Shown piece by piece: positions 7,822 through 15,700 of a DNA stretch of 64,000 nucleotides; the stretch's first letter is position 1; each line of letters starts with the position of its first letter. Origin of the DNA: Patescibacteria group bacterium (GTDB lineage: Bacteria; Patescibacteriota; Patescibacteriia; GWA2-46-9); NCBI GenBank assembly GCA_041675205.1, contig JBAYUF010000004.1:29898-93897 (forward strand). The letters run 5' to 3'. Position numbers and translations under genes: made by a program. The notes under the pieces were generated by a model. The model did no database searches, had not been told where the DNA came from, and worked only from the letters and a program-made list of their open reading frames with translations.

Positions 7822-10056
7822 GTGACACAACCATACAGAAACGGCCCTCGAGGCCAAGGTGGCGGAGGTGGCGGACAGCCACGTCCTGCGGGTGGCGCTC
7901 CGGCACAACAGCCGGAACGCGTCGAGCTGCTTCGTGCAATCGCGAAGCAAAACGAGGCGGAAGAATACAAATTCGAAGTGGCGGTGCTGACGCGCGTTAG
8001 CCGAAACCTGCAGGCCCTCGGCCGGCGGGTGCTCCTGATGGTGAACGGCACCGCACGAAACGAACAAAGTGCCAGCGCAGAGACCGACCCAGCAACGGGA
8101 AGGATTTGGCTGCGCACTATCGTTGACGTGCGACAGCAGCACGACGGCGACCCCCTCGAGCTGCAGGTGGTGCTTACAAACACCACCATCGGTTCGAACA
8201 TCGTCAGCCTGAATCTCCAGACTGGCGAACCGGCTGCCGAACCGGCGGTAGAAATGCCACCAGCCAAAAAGGTGATGGCGTCAGCCAGCGCCGGAAAGAA
8301 GGCGCGGCACCACGTCCTGGTCTACCTCCTCGACAATGACGAGCAACCGACAACTGGCGAGGTGGTCGCACTGTACTCTCCAGAGTGCTGCAGTGCGAGT
8401 CGCTGCACCACGTACCAGATACCGGAGGTGGGCGCGGACTTGGAGTTTGCGCTTATTGACGGCGAATCCCTCGCCATCACCTTCGAGTGCCCCGGTGCCA
8501 CTCCGGCATCGGTAACCCTCCAAGGACCCGATAAAGTGCCGCCGGTAACCCCGTCGAAGCCAGCAACAAAGGTCAAACTGGTGGAAACCGGAACGACCTA
8601 CAACCCGGACACCGGTGCCTGCGCAGTCCTCGTTACGCCGCGCGCGTACGACGAAGACGGCAAGGGCGTGAGCTGCACCCTGCAGCTCACAACAGCGGAA
8701 CCCATCGAGATGTACCGTCTCGAAGGTGGCGTGGAGACCTGGGTCTCCACCGGCCAGCAGTTCACATTGCTGGTGTCAGCCATGCCGACCACCAGCTATC
8801 GGCTTATCAACTACCACACCACGGCAGTTGAGGTCGACTGCGACGTCGTCGGGCTTAATGCCGAGCTCGACAACAAGGAGCTGCCGGCTGCGAAGTCGAT
8901 GACTCCGTCTGGCAGGCTGGGCTGGCTCGAGGCCGCGCTGTACAGCACGGCTATCGGAATCGGCTTCATCCTGTTCGGCTGGATCTTCGTCAAAGCCATC
9001 ATCTGGATGGCTGGCGTGGTCTTGGCGCTGTCACTTGGTTCCGTTATCGTTGCCAACTTCCGCTCTCGTCGTCGTGAGGACGAAGAACCGGGTGGTGATG
9101 ATCACGAAGATGAAGAGGGGCGATTCAATGAACGGCTTTCAAGAAGGTCAGTGCTGAGCCGAACGTTCAACTGGCTCTTGCCGGTGCTTTGCATCATCGT
9201 CGGAGCGATTATCCTCGGATGGGTACTCACTCAGATTAGCGACTGGATGGCTGGCGTGGTCTTGGCGCTGATGCTTGTTTCCGTTGTCGTCGTTAGCTTC
9301 CGTTCTCGTCGCCGTCGTGAGGACGAAGAACTGGATGATGACTATCGGGAAGAAGAGGAGGAGCGAATCGAACGACCAGACAGGCAGTTCCGTCGGAACA
9401 AGACGATCGACTGGTCGAAACTGGTACCCTCTGACAACTTGGTGTGGGGATCATGGATGCTGGTAACGCTGCTCGTCAGCGCACTCGCAATCACGAACCC
9501 CGGGCCGAGTCAAGACGAGGTTGCGAAGGCCTACTCGTCACCGCAAACGATCGCAGTACTCGAGCAGATGGAGCAGAAGCAGAAACGCTTCTATGACCGC
9601 GTACTGCGCAACGAGGTTACAGAGACCAAGGAGAAAGAAACGAAAGAAGAAAAGGTCGCGCCGGTGAAAGAAACAGAACGCCGAGGAAACTGGGTAACAC
9701 TGCCCCTGGTAGTGTACCTATGGTTCTGGGCGTTTGCGCTCTTCATCCCCACCATCGGTGATGAACTGCGGGACTACGCCCACCGGTCGATCGATAAAAT
9801 CACCGGCGGATTCGACGGCGAGGTAAAGGTAGTCGGACCAGGAGCAACACTCCTGACCAGCCTCCTTCGTCCCCTTTCCGCCAAGAACAAGCCAACAGGA
9901 GAAAGAATGGCTGAGGCAGCAACCAGCACAATGGAAACTGTCATCAAAGAGGTGGGGATCGGCGATTTGCTTCGGCATATGGCCGCCAACATCTTCACGG
10001 ATCACATTTTGAAGGGCCGGCTGTTCAAACATCTGGTCCCAGGAGGAGTACGATGA
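7822..10056 (+). CDS. Hypothetical large membrane protein, GC-rich island gene A
   Basis: A GTG start at 7822 is preceded by AGGAGA with 8-nt spacing, and GC is about 62% against a host of about 48%. The N-terminus is Gly-rich and the soluble domain is Cys-containing. Two tandem TM-helix plus RSRRRREDEE modules are present, followed by further TM helices. Confidence 0.6.
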   Translation: MTQPYRNGPRGQGGGGGGQPRPAGGAPAQQPERVELLRAIAKQNEAEEYKFEVAVLTRVSRNLQALGRRVLLMVNGTARNEQSASAETDPATGRIWLRTIVDVRQQHDGDPLELQVVLTNTTIGSNIVSLNLQTGEPAAEPAVEMPPAKKVMASASAGKKARHHVLVYLLDNDEQPTTGEVVALYSPECCSASRCTTYQIPEVGADLEFALIDGESLAITFECPGATPASVTLQGPDKVPPVTPSKPATKVKLVETGTTYNPDTGACAVLVTPRAYDEDGKGVSCTLQLTTAEPIEMYRLEGGVETWVSTGQQFTLLVSAMPTTSYRLINYHTTAVEVDCDVVGLNAELDNKELPAAKSMTPSGRLGWLEAALYSTAIGIGFILFGWIFVKAIIWMAGVVLALSLGSVIVANFRSRRREDEEPGGDDHEDEEGRFNERLSRRSVLSRTFNWLLPVLCIIVGAIILGWVLTQISDWMAGVVLALMLVSVVVVSFRSRRRREDEELDDDYREEEEERIERPDRQFRRNKTIDWSKLVPSDNLVWGSWMLVTLLVSALAITNPGPSQDEVAKAYSSPQTIAVLEQMEQKQKRFYDRVLRNEVTETKEKETKEEKVAPVKETERRGNWVTLPLVVYLWFWAFALFIPTIGDELRDYAHRSIDKITGGFDGEVKVVGPGATLLTSLLRPLSAKNKPTGERMAEAATSTMETVIKEVGIGDLLRHMAANIFTDHILKGRLFKHLVPGGVR
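9001..9092 (+). repeat. Direct repeat copy 1 inside island gene A
   Basis: The core ctggatggctggcgtggtcttggcgctg and the tail ttccg.tctcgtcg.cgtcgtgaggacgaagaac are shared with copy 2. Copy 1 encodes WMAGVVLALSLGSVIVANFRSRRREDEE. Confidence 0.85.
9238..9332 (+). repeat. Direct repeat copy 2 inside island gene A
   Basis: The 28-nt core is identical to copy 1 and lies about 240 bp downstream. Copy 2 encodes WMAGVVLALMLVSVVVVSFRSRRRREDEE. Confidence 0.85.
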
Positions 10057-11147
10057 GCGAACACGGCGGAGGTCACGGCGAGAGTCATGGCCTCTTTGGT
10101 AAACTGGCGATTGCTGCAGGAGTGGCCATCGCCTTCGCCAGCCTCGTCGCATGGGCGACGGGGTGTTCTTTCACGAACGTGTTCGTGCCGATCATGGCAA
10201 TCGCGTTCATAACCGTTGTAGCGGCGGCGTTCATTCGCCTACCACAGCGCGCTTCGCGTCACTACCCGGGTTCGGCCGGATGGTGGAAGAGGCTCCTGAT
10301 GTTTGTCGGCACGGGTTTCGCCCTCGCCGCCATCGTCAGTCTGCGCAACAATGCTACCGCAAGTGAGGCGGAGCTACTGTCGTTCTGGAACGTCCAGGTA
10401 GCAGTAGCCATTACAGCAATGAGCGCGTGGGCGATGTTCGAGTTTTGGCACCAGCATGGTTACCGGCTCGCGGGAGCTGTCATGTTTGGCGTCGTGAACT
10501 CGATGCTTATCACGCTGATGTTGATCGGCTGGTTCCCTCTCACGATGCTCGAAACGGCCGGCTGGCGACCAGTAACGGATGCCAGCACTGCCGACATCGT
10601 TCGCGTCGACGACGAAGGAGTAGGCATCAGCTTTACGCAACGCAAGTTGTGGCGAGGCCGACTTCAAGATGGCCTCGACACGGCAATCAAGGATTCTGAA
10701 ACCCGTCTGAAAGACGGCAAGATCGGAACCAAGGAGGCATTGGACATTCAAACCAGGGCCCTCAAGGACTACAAAGAGGGCATCAGCAAAATGGAGGCGG
10801 AGCTGAGACTTGCTCCTCCGCTGTCGGAACGAGTGAGCGGAAAAGTGAAGGAGGTACTTTCCGCACTCAGGAGCACACCACAGAAACCTGCCGTATCAAA
10901 CCGACCGGACGGCGTTCCTGAGAACGCAGTCCGCTTCGTCCTTGAACCGGGAGAAGACTGGTGCCCAACCGAGAAAACGAAACTCGGCATCAAGGGCGAA
11001 GACGGACGCGAGTATGCGTTTGTCGACGTCTCGACCGGACATGCGCCGACGGTGCTCGACGGATCAGACCACAGTGGGATCTGGCCGTACTGCATCCGTG
11101 GCGGAGAGCTCGGCGCTGCCATCTGGGTGTGGCCGAGGTCCTCATGA
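10053..11147 (+). CDS. Hypothetical 4-TM membrane protein with C-terminal soluble domain, GC-rich island gene B
   Basis: The ATG overlaps the gene A stop (ATGA) and has a strong SD (AGGAGGAG). GC is high and no family is recognisable. Confidence 0.55.
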   Translation: MSEHGGGHGESHGLFGKLAIAAGVAIAFASLVAWATGCSFTNVFVPIMAIAFITVVAAAFIRLPQRASRHYPGSAGWWKRLLMFVGTGFALAAIVSLRNNATASEAELLSFWNVQVAVAITAMSAWAMFEFWHQHGYRLAGAVMFGVVNSMLITLMLIGWFPLTMLETAGWRPVTDASTADIVRVDDEGVGISFTQRKLWRGRLQDGLDTAIKDSETRLKDGKIGTKEALDIQTRALKDYKEGISKMEAELRLAPPLSERVSGKVKEVLSALRSTPQKPAVSNRPDGVPENAVRFVLEPGEDWCPTEKTKLGIKGEDGREYAFVDVSTGHAPTVLDGSDHSGIWPYCIRGGELGAAIWVWPRSS

Positions 11148-11169
11148 GGAGGAGGACAAGAACATACAG

Positions 11170-11208
11170 GGACCCGCCCAAGACGCAACGGCGTCAGGCG
11201 GGTCCCGA
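11170..11208 (+). terminator. Strong GC hairpin downstream of island gene B
   Basis: A perfect 10-bp stem (gggacccgcc / ggcgggtccc) carries an 18-nt loop. A second weak hairpin plus T-run follows at about 11275-11308. Confidence 0.45.
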
Positions 11209-11320
11209 GGAAGGCAAGGGCGAGAGCGAGGAAGAGCAACAGCTCAACCTCGTCTCTCGCCCTTTTCGTTTATAAAAAAGACCCCACGCAAGTGAGGTCG
11301 CTTTTTAGAATGGTGAAGAA

Positions 11321-11614
11321 CTAAGCGGATTTCAACTGCTCATCAATAATTTTTAATTTTACGGCGTTTCGAATGTCTTCTTCAGCCTGCCGAATCGACC
11401 GCAACGCCGCTACGGCAGTCTCTAAATCTTGCGCATACTGCTCATAAATTGCTGTCTTCGCTTTCATGTGAGCAAGCATGGCGGAAACAACAAGTGCACC
11501 TCGTGCTGTTCGTGGCCCGTCCTGCACGTCTTCTTGAATAGCTTTCTTGAGGTCTCCGGCGTTACTGTTACCCTGGAGAGCGACAATGGTTTTTTTAAAG
11601 AAATCTGTAATCAT
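11321..11614 (-). CDS. Hypothetical small alpha-helical protein
   Basis: It is a 97-aa protein lying 10 nt downstream of the coiled-coil gene on the same strand, so the two probably form an operon. No family is recognisable. Confidence 0.5.
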   Translation of the reverse strand: MITDFFKKTIVALQGNSNAGDLKKAIQEDVQDGPRTARGALVVSAMLAHMKAKTAIYEQYAQDLETAVAALRSIRQAEEDIRNAVKLKIIDEQLKSA

Positions 11615-11623
11615 ATCTATATT

Positions 11624-12802
11624 TTATGCGGCTGTTGCCCCACTCTCAAGAGAACGCAGTGCGCAATCAATTACCATTTTCTCACTAACTCGCCAAGTCA
11701 CCTCACGCATGCTAGTGAGTGTTTCGACAAGAAATTCTCTTGCATCTTTTTCAGTACCAATGACTCTCTTTGCTAAGTACGGCTTTAAAGAAGAGCGAAG
11801 GACATCTACGGCATTATTCTTTTGAAGAGCGTCTTCAACAGACGTTTCAAAAAGCACTTTCGTCTGATCTATAATTTCCTTATCAAGCGCTCTCAAAACT
11901 TCATCGTCGACAGTTAACGCCTCACTCACAATTTTATTTCCCCGCATGGCTTGATACTGACGAATCACCTTCTCTTTGTCCTCCAACGTCTTGGGCTCAG
12001 CACTGTCGTCTAGTGCGTCTCTTAACCCCTCTCTGATGGCTATATTTGCCATACTCCCCACTCGTTCAGTAACACCAAGACTTGCGAACACAACTTCATT
12101 TAACTCTGCAAGTTGCGCCAGCGCTGCATCGCGGAGCGCTTCAGCATTTTCAATTTTTTCTACTTTTTCAAGCTGTTGCTCGAGCACTTTTTTAATATTT
12201 TTTGCATTGTCACCATATCGTTCAATAGCGGCGTCCTCGTTACTCGTTCGGGAACGGAAACCCCAACGCTTCAAACGCGACGAACCCTTTTTGGCCGCTT
12301 CGAGATCTCTCGCCTTACTTTGTGCTTTCTCAGCACCACCCAATTTTTTACATTCGCTCTCAAGACTCGCTATTTGCTTCGTAACTGCCTGGTACTGTTC
12401 AATTGCATGTTGCATCTCAGCAATGGCCTCATGATTTCCTTCACGAACATACGCATCGATTTCATCAACAATTATACCTTCTACATCACCACTCTTTAAG
12501 CCAACCTCGCGAGGTATTTCTTTTTTGAAATAATTCGATAAACCCTTCTTTACTTCGTTAACGTTATTGTACTGTTCAATATATTGTTGTAACTGTTCTG
12601 GCGACATTTCACTCCCCTCACGGGTTGCGCCTGCTATCGCCTCTTTGTCATCGTCGGGTAACCTATCAACGAATTCTCTAAAACTCTTGTCGTTTAAATA
12701 TTTCTCAAGCGCTTTCGCATCTAACCGCGTACCCCCTTCTTCTGCAGCTTTATCCGCACTTGTCGAATGCTCTCTACTTCGACGTCCAAATGGATTATAC
12801 AT
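11624..12802 (-). CDS. Hypothetical acidic coiled-coil protein (about 393 aa)
   Basis: It is rich in long E/K/Q helical segments. The start is taken at the ATG (MYNPFGRR) at 12802 rather than the upstream extension. Confidence 0.55.
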   Translation of the reverse strand: MYNPFGRRSREHSTSADKAAEEGGTRLDAKALEKYLNDKSFREFVDRLPDDDKEAIAGATREGSEMSPEQLQQYIEQYNNVNEVKKGLSNYFKKEIPREVGLKSGDVEGIIVDEIDAYVREGNHEAIAEMQHAIEQYQAVTKQIASLESECKKLGGAEKAQSKARDLEAAKKGSSRLKRWGFRSRTSNEDAAIERYGDNAKNIKKVLEQQLEKVEKIENAEALRDAALAQLAELNEVVFASLGVTERVGSMANIAIREGLRDALDDSAEPKTLEDKEKVIRQYQAMRGNKIVSEALTVDDEVLRALDKEIIDQTKVLFETSVEDALQKNNAVDVLRSSLKPYLAKRVIGTEKDAREFLVETLTSMREVTWRVSEKMVIDCALRSLESGATAA

Positions 12803-12879
12803 ATTATGGGCATTATAGCAGCTATACCTGCGTTTTTCAATGGCTGTCCCCTGATTATCGAGGTATACTATGTACACAT

Positions 12880-13632
12880 ATGGAAACAACACCATTCCCC
12901 CTCGGCATCCTTATTAACGCTTTTGTCACGAGCGTCGTCAGTGCGACGGCGTTTGCTTTTGTTTTGTTTTTAACTCGCCGCTGGCGACAACTCTCCCCGG
13001 CAATGCGCAGCTACGCAGTTTTCTGGCTCGCCACCAGTGTGCTTTGGGCAGCCGTTACTATTCGTTATCTTCTTGTGATTTTTGGCTACGCAGGCCAACA
13101 GTTCCACTTCGTAAACGAATTTATGGTTGAAACGGCAGTATTTAGCTCTGGCGTTGCTCTGTACTTCTACCTCGGCATGCAGCTCTTTAATTCAATCCGC
13201 AAAGCCCTTGCCTTAACTAGTCTTGGTCTACTTGCCATGGTGGCGGGGCTATGGCAATTTTTATTACCTGGCGGGTTTCACCCTGGTATTGTTACCGCTT
13301 TCACTGCTGACCCAGTGCCAAGCATCCGATTTCTCGCGATCTTTGGTTCATCAGCAAGTTTGGCGATGCTACTCCTCATTCGACACATTTTTATAACTCT
13401 GAAAGCCTGGCGAGGACAACCGATTGGTACCTTCCCGTATGCCCTCCTCTATTCGCTCTCGCTCATCATCTACGTAACGCTCGGCGTTATTGACCAAATG
13501 AAAATTCTTATCGATTGGCCGCTCGTCATCTTCCGTATTCTTTACACGGCCGTTTTCCTGTTCGCTTATTTAGTGCTTACGACCGAAGAAGAACAGCGAC
13601 AAAATTACTTGCAACAAAAAACGGTCTCGTAA
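12880..13632 (+). CDS. Hypothetical polytopic membrane protein
   Basis: It has about 7 predicted TM helices and is divergent from the coiled-coil operon. The start is taken at METTPFPLG. Confidence 0.55.
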   Translation: METTPFPLGILINAFVTSVVSATAFAFVLFLTRRWRQLSPAMRSYAVFWLATSVLWAAVTIRYLLVIFGYAGQQFHFVNEFMVETAVFSSGVALYFYLGMQLFNSIRKALALTSLGLLAMVAGLWQFLLPGGFHPGIVTAFTADPVPSIRFLAIFGSSASLAMLLLIRHIFITLKAWRGQPIGTFPYALLYSLSLIIYVTLGVIDQMKILIDWPLVIFRILYTAVFLFAYLVLTTEEEQRQNYLQQKTVS

Positions 13633-13643
13633 GACCGTTTTTA
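13616..13643. terminator. Bidirectional terminator between convergent genes
   Basis: The run aaaaa, the hairpin acggtct-cgta-agaccgt and the run ttttt. Confidence 0.75.
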
Positions 13644-13913
13644 CTTTTTAAAAAGACTAGCAGCATTTGCTAGTTCAGCTTTTTCTTTTCGCTGCAAACG
13701 CTTTATCGACATTTCACGCTTTAATGCTGTGCTGTGAGAAGATTGTTGTTCAAACCAACAAAGAACGACAGGCAACCTCCCTCGAGTATACCGTGCGCCC
13801 GTACCATTATTATGTTGCTCGATGCGTCGCTCTATGTGAGTAGTGATGCCAGTGTAATAGGTACCATCAGAACATCGCAGTAAGTACACGAACCAATCTG
13901 CCTCACTACTCAT
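13641..13913 (-). CDS. GIY-YIG nuclease superfamily protein (UPF0213/YhbQ-like)
   Basis: The N-terminus WFVYLLRCSDGTYYTGITTHIERRIEQHN is a typical GIY-YIG motif in a 90-aa protein. Confidence 0.8.
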   Translation of the reverse strand: MSSEADWFVYLLRCSDGTYYTGITTHIERRIEQHNNGTGARYTRGRLPVVLCWFEQQSSHSTALKREMSIKRLQRKEKAELANAASLFKK

Positions 13914-13940
13914 AAAAATTTAAAAAGATTCTCTGCACTG

Positions 13941-13990
13941 CGAACCCGATCCCGTGGACACGGGACGATCTTCCGAGTGACAAGGCCACA
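13941..13990 (-). pseudogene. Decayed tRNA-derived fragment (unit 1), related to unit 3
   Basis: It shares the 3' flank ctctgcactgcgAAC and the hairpin core gatcccgtg..cacgggacgat with unit 3, but lacks the tRNA 5' half and shows no cloverleaf. Confidence 0.4.
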
Positions 13991-14035
13991 AACGTCAGTA
14001 AAGTACGAAGATAAAAACTTGTGTTCTCTGCACTG

Positions 14036-14110
14036 CGGACTCGACCGGATTCGAACCGGCGATCTTCTCCGTGACAGGGAGACGTGTTAACCAGGCTACA
14101 CCACGAGTCC
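14036..14110 (-). tRNA. tRNA-Asp (GTC)
   Basis: The reverse complement is GGACTCGTGGTGTAGCCTGGTTAACACGTCTCCCTGTCACGGAGAAGATCGCCGGTTCGAATCCGGTCGAGTCCG. It folds as a cloverleaf with anticodon GTC and a TTCGAAT T-loop. CCA is not encoded. Confidence 0.9.
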
Positions 14111-14175
14111 ACACTGAAGAGAACGAAAAGAGTATAGGTTGAAACGTTGTAATGGACAACTCTAACGAGATACTG

Positions 14176-14252
14176 CGGACTCGATCCCGTGTCGACGGGA
14201 CGATATCTCCGTGATCCCGCGAAGCGGGATTACCAGGCTACACCACGAGTCC
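14176..14252 (-). pseudogene. Chimeric tRNA-Asp-like pseudogene (unit 3)
   Basis: It keeps the first 23 nt (GGACTCGTGGTGTAGCCTGGTAA) and the last 11 nt (TCGAGTCCGCA) of tRNA-Asp. It also keeps the identical 27-nt upstream leader (gtccacactgaagagaacgaaaagagtat). The D/anticodon/T arms are replaced by non-canonical hairpins. Confidence 0.5.
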
Positions 14253-14369
14253 ACACTGAAGAGAACGAAAAGAGTATCACAAAAGAATTTAAGGAAACGA
14301 GTAGTGAAGCGGCGGCCGCTTGCTTACCTTAGCCTAGGGCTACACGGAAAACAAGCGGCAAAACAGGTG

Positions 14370-14744
14370 CTACTTCTTTGGCTTGTGCGCCTTAATGGCG
14401 GCTTTAACTTCGCGGACAACAACTGCAAAAATCTTCGGGTGATCAGCGGCAAGTGTGGACAGCACCTTACGGTCAAGTTCAATGTTTGCTTGCTTTAGCC
14501 CGGCAATAAATGCTGAGTAACTAAGACCAGCTGGCCGCACGGCGGCGCCTAAGCGGGTCTGCCACAATGCTCGATAATCTCGCTTCTTTAGCTTCCGACC
14601 AACATAGGCATGGACACCAGCCTTCACAATGGCGGTCTTTCCTGCCCGAAGTGTATTCTTACGCTTCCAACCAAACCCCTTCGCTCGCTTTAAGATGTTC
14701 TTGCGGCGCTTTACATGCGCGACGCCTCGTTTTACACGTGCCAT
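14370..14744 (-). CDS. rplT: 50S ribosomal protein L20
   Basis: MARVKRGV..KRRKNILKRAKGF..LKQANIELDRKVL matches the L20 family. Confidence 0.93.
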   Translation of the reverse strand: MARVKRGVAHVKRRKNILKRAKGFGWKRKNTLRAGKTAIVKAGVHAYVGRKLKKRDYRALWQTRLGAAVRPAGLSYSAFIAGLKQANIELDRKVLSTLAADHPKIFAVVVREVKAAIKAHKPKK

Positions 14745-14756
14745 AAAAGTAAAAGG

Positions 14757-14978
14757 TTACGAATACGGCAACTGCCGTCGAATAGTTTTAATGTCGCTTT
14801 TGGCCACCAACACTGGTCGCCGCTTCTTTCTGGTAACCGTACCGCTCTCAGCAGCATTGTAGTGATCTTGCCCAGCTGCTTTTCGCACCAACTTCGGAGA
14901 CTTCCCCGTTCGGCTGCCGGCTTTGGCGCCCGAGAAGCGAACTCGCTTCGATAAACTTTTTCTAGTTTTTAGTTTCAT
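14757..14978 (-). CDS. rpmI: 50S ribosomal protein L35
   Basis: It is a small basic protein, MKLKTRKSLSKRVRF...IRRQLPYS, in the conserved position between infC and rplT. Confidence 0.82.
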   Translation of the reverse strand: MKLKTRKSLSKRVRFSGAKAGSRTGKSPKLVRKAAGQDHYNAAESGTVTRKKRRPVLVAKSDIKTIRRQLPYS

Positions 14979-14998
14979 ATTGTCGTCGATAAATGAAT

Positions 14999-15610
14999 CT
15001 AGGTTTTAGCAGGTTGCGGTGCGGCGACCTTGCCGCTTGAAAAACAAATAAGTGACATCCTCGCACCTACCTTTAGTACCGGCTGCTCGATGGTAATAGT
15101 ATAACGCTTTTTCAAGCCGTCAATGAACTGGTTTATCGTCGCTTCGGCCAATTCTCTATGTTGATGCTCTCGGCCCCTGAGCAGCAGTTCAATCTTAAGC
15201 TTGCTGCCGTCATCTAAAAACTTTGACGCCTGATTTAAGCGAAGTTCTAGGTCATGCGTACCGATACGGGTTGAGAGTCGAATACCTTTCGTCTCTTGTT
15301 TCTTTTGCTTTTGCTTCGCCTTCTGTGTCTCCTTATCCCGCTGATACTTGAATTGGCTAAAATCAAGAATTTTTGCAACTGGCGGTTTGGCCGTGGGAGA
15401 AACCTCAACGAGGTCGTACCCAGCTTTCTCAGCCATTGCCCTTGCCTCCGCCGTAGCGACGACACCAACATTCTGCCCTTTTTCATCAACCAGTCTAACC
15501 TCAGGCGCAGTAATCTCTCGATTCACCTTATAGGCTGGACCGACTGGAAGAATGACACGGCGACGATACGTTCTACGCAAGGGCGTTGGATAGGGTGAGT
15601 AAACTGACAC
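14999..15610 (-). CDS. infC: Translation initiation factor IF-3
   Basis: It carries the IF3 N- and C-domain motifs (EVRLVDEKGQNVGVV, GYDLVEVSP, AKILDFSQFKYQ). The true start is uncertain; infC commonly uses an atypical AUU start, and candidate GTG and ATT codons lie within the ORF's 5' end. Confidence 0.85.
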   Translation of the reverse strand: MSVYSPYPTPLRRTYRRRVILPVGPAYKVNREITAPEVRLVDEKGQNVGVVATAEARAMAEKAGYDLVEVSPTAKPPVAKILDFSQFKYQRDKETQKAKQKQKKQETKGIRLSTRIGTHDLELRLNQASKFLDDGSKLKIELLLRGREHQHRELAEATINQFIDGLKKRYTITIEQPVLKVGARMSLICFSSGKVAAPQPAKT

Positions 15611-15700
15611 TATGCATAGCCCTTCTTCCCTTATTTTGCAGGGTTACGAAGGACACAACATGACTACTGGCCTGCCAGCCGTAGCTCGCAGAGCGAAGGC

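Noticed and set aside
7592-8267. Minus-strand ORFs (7602-8267, 7750-8142) and many other ORFs of 60-150 aa inside the GC-rich island on both strands
   Set aside because: High-GC DNA is stop-poor in all frames. These ORFs translate to Arg/Ser/Pro-rich low-complexity junk and overlap a long SD-initiated ORF.
13906-14112. ORF 13906-14112(-) of 68 aa
   Set aside because: It overlaps tRNA-Asp and the tRNA-derived repeat units, and its translation is low-complexity.
13941-14252. Calling units 1 and 3 functional tRNAs
   Set aside because: Neither folds into a cloverleaf. Unit 3 lacks a D-stem partner and has 3- and 6-nt loops in place of the anticodon and T loops. Unit 1 lacks the 5' acceptor half entirely.
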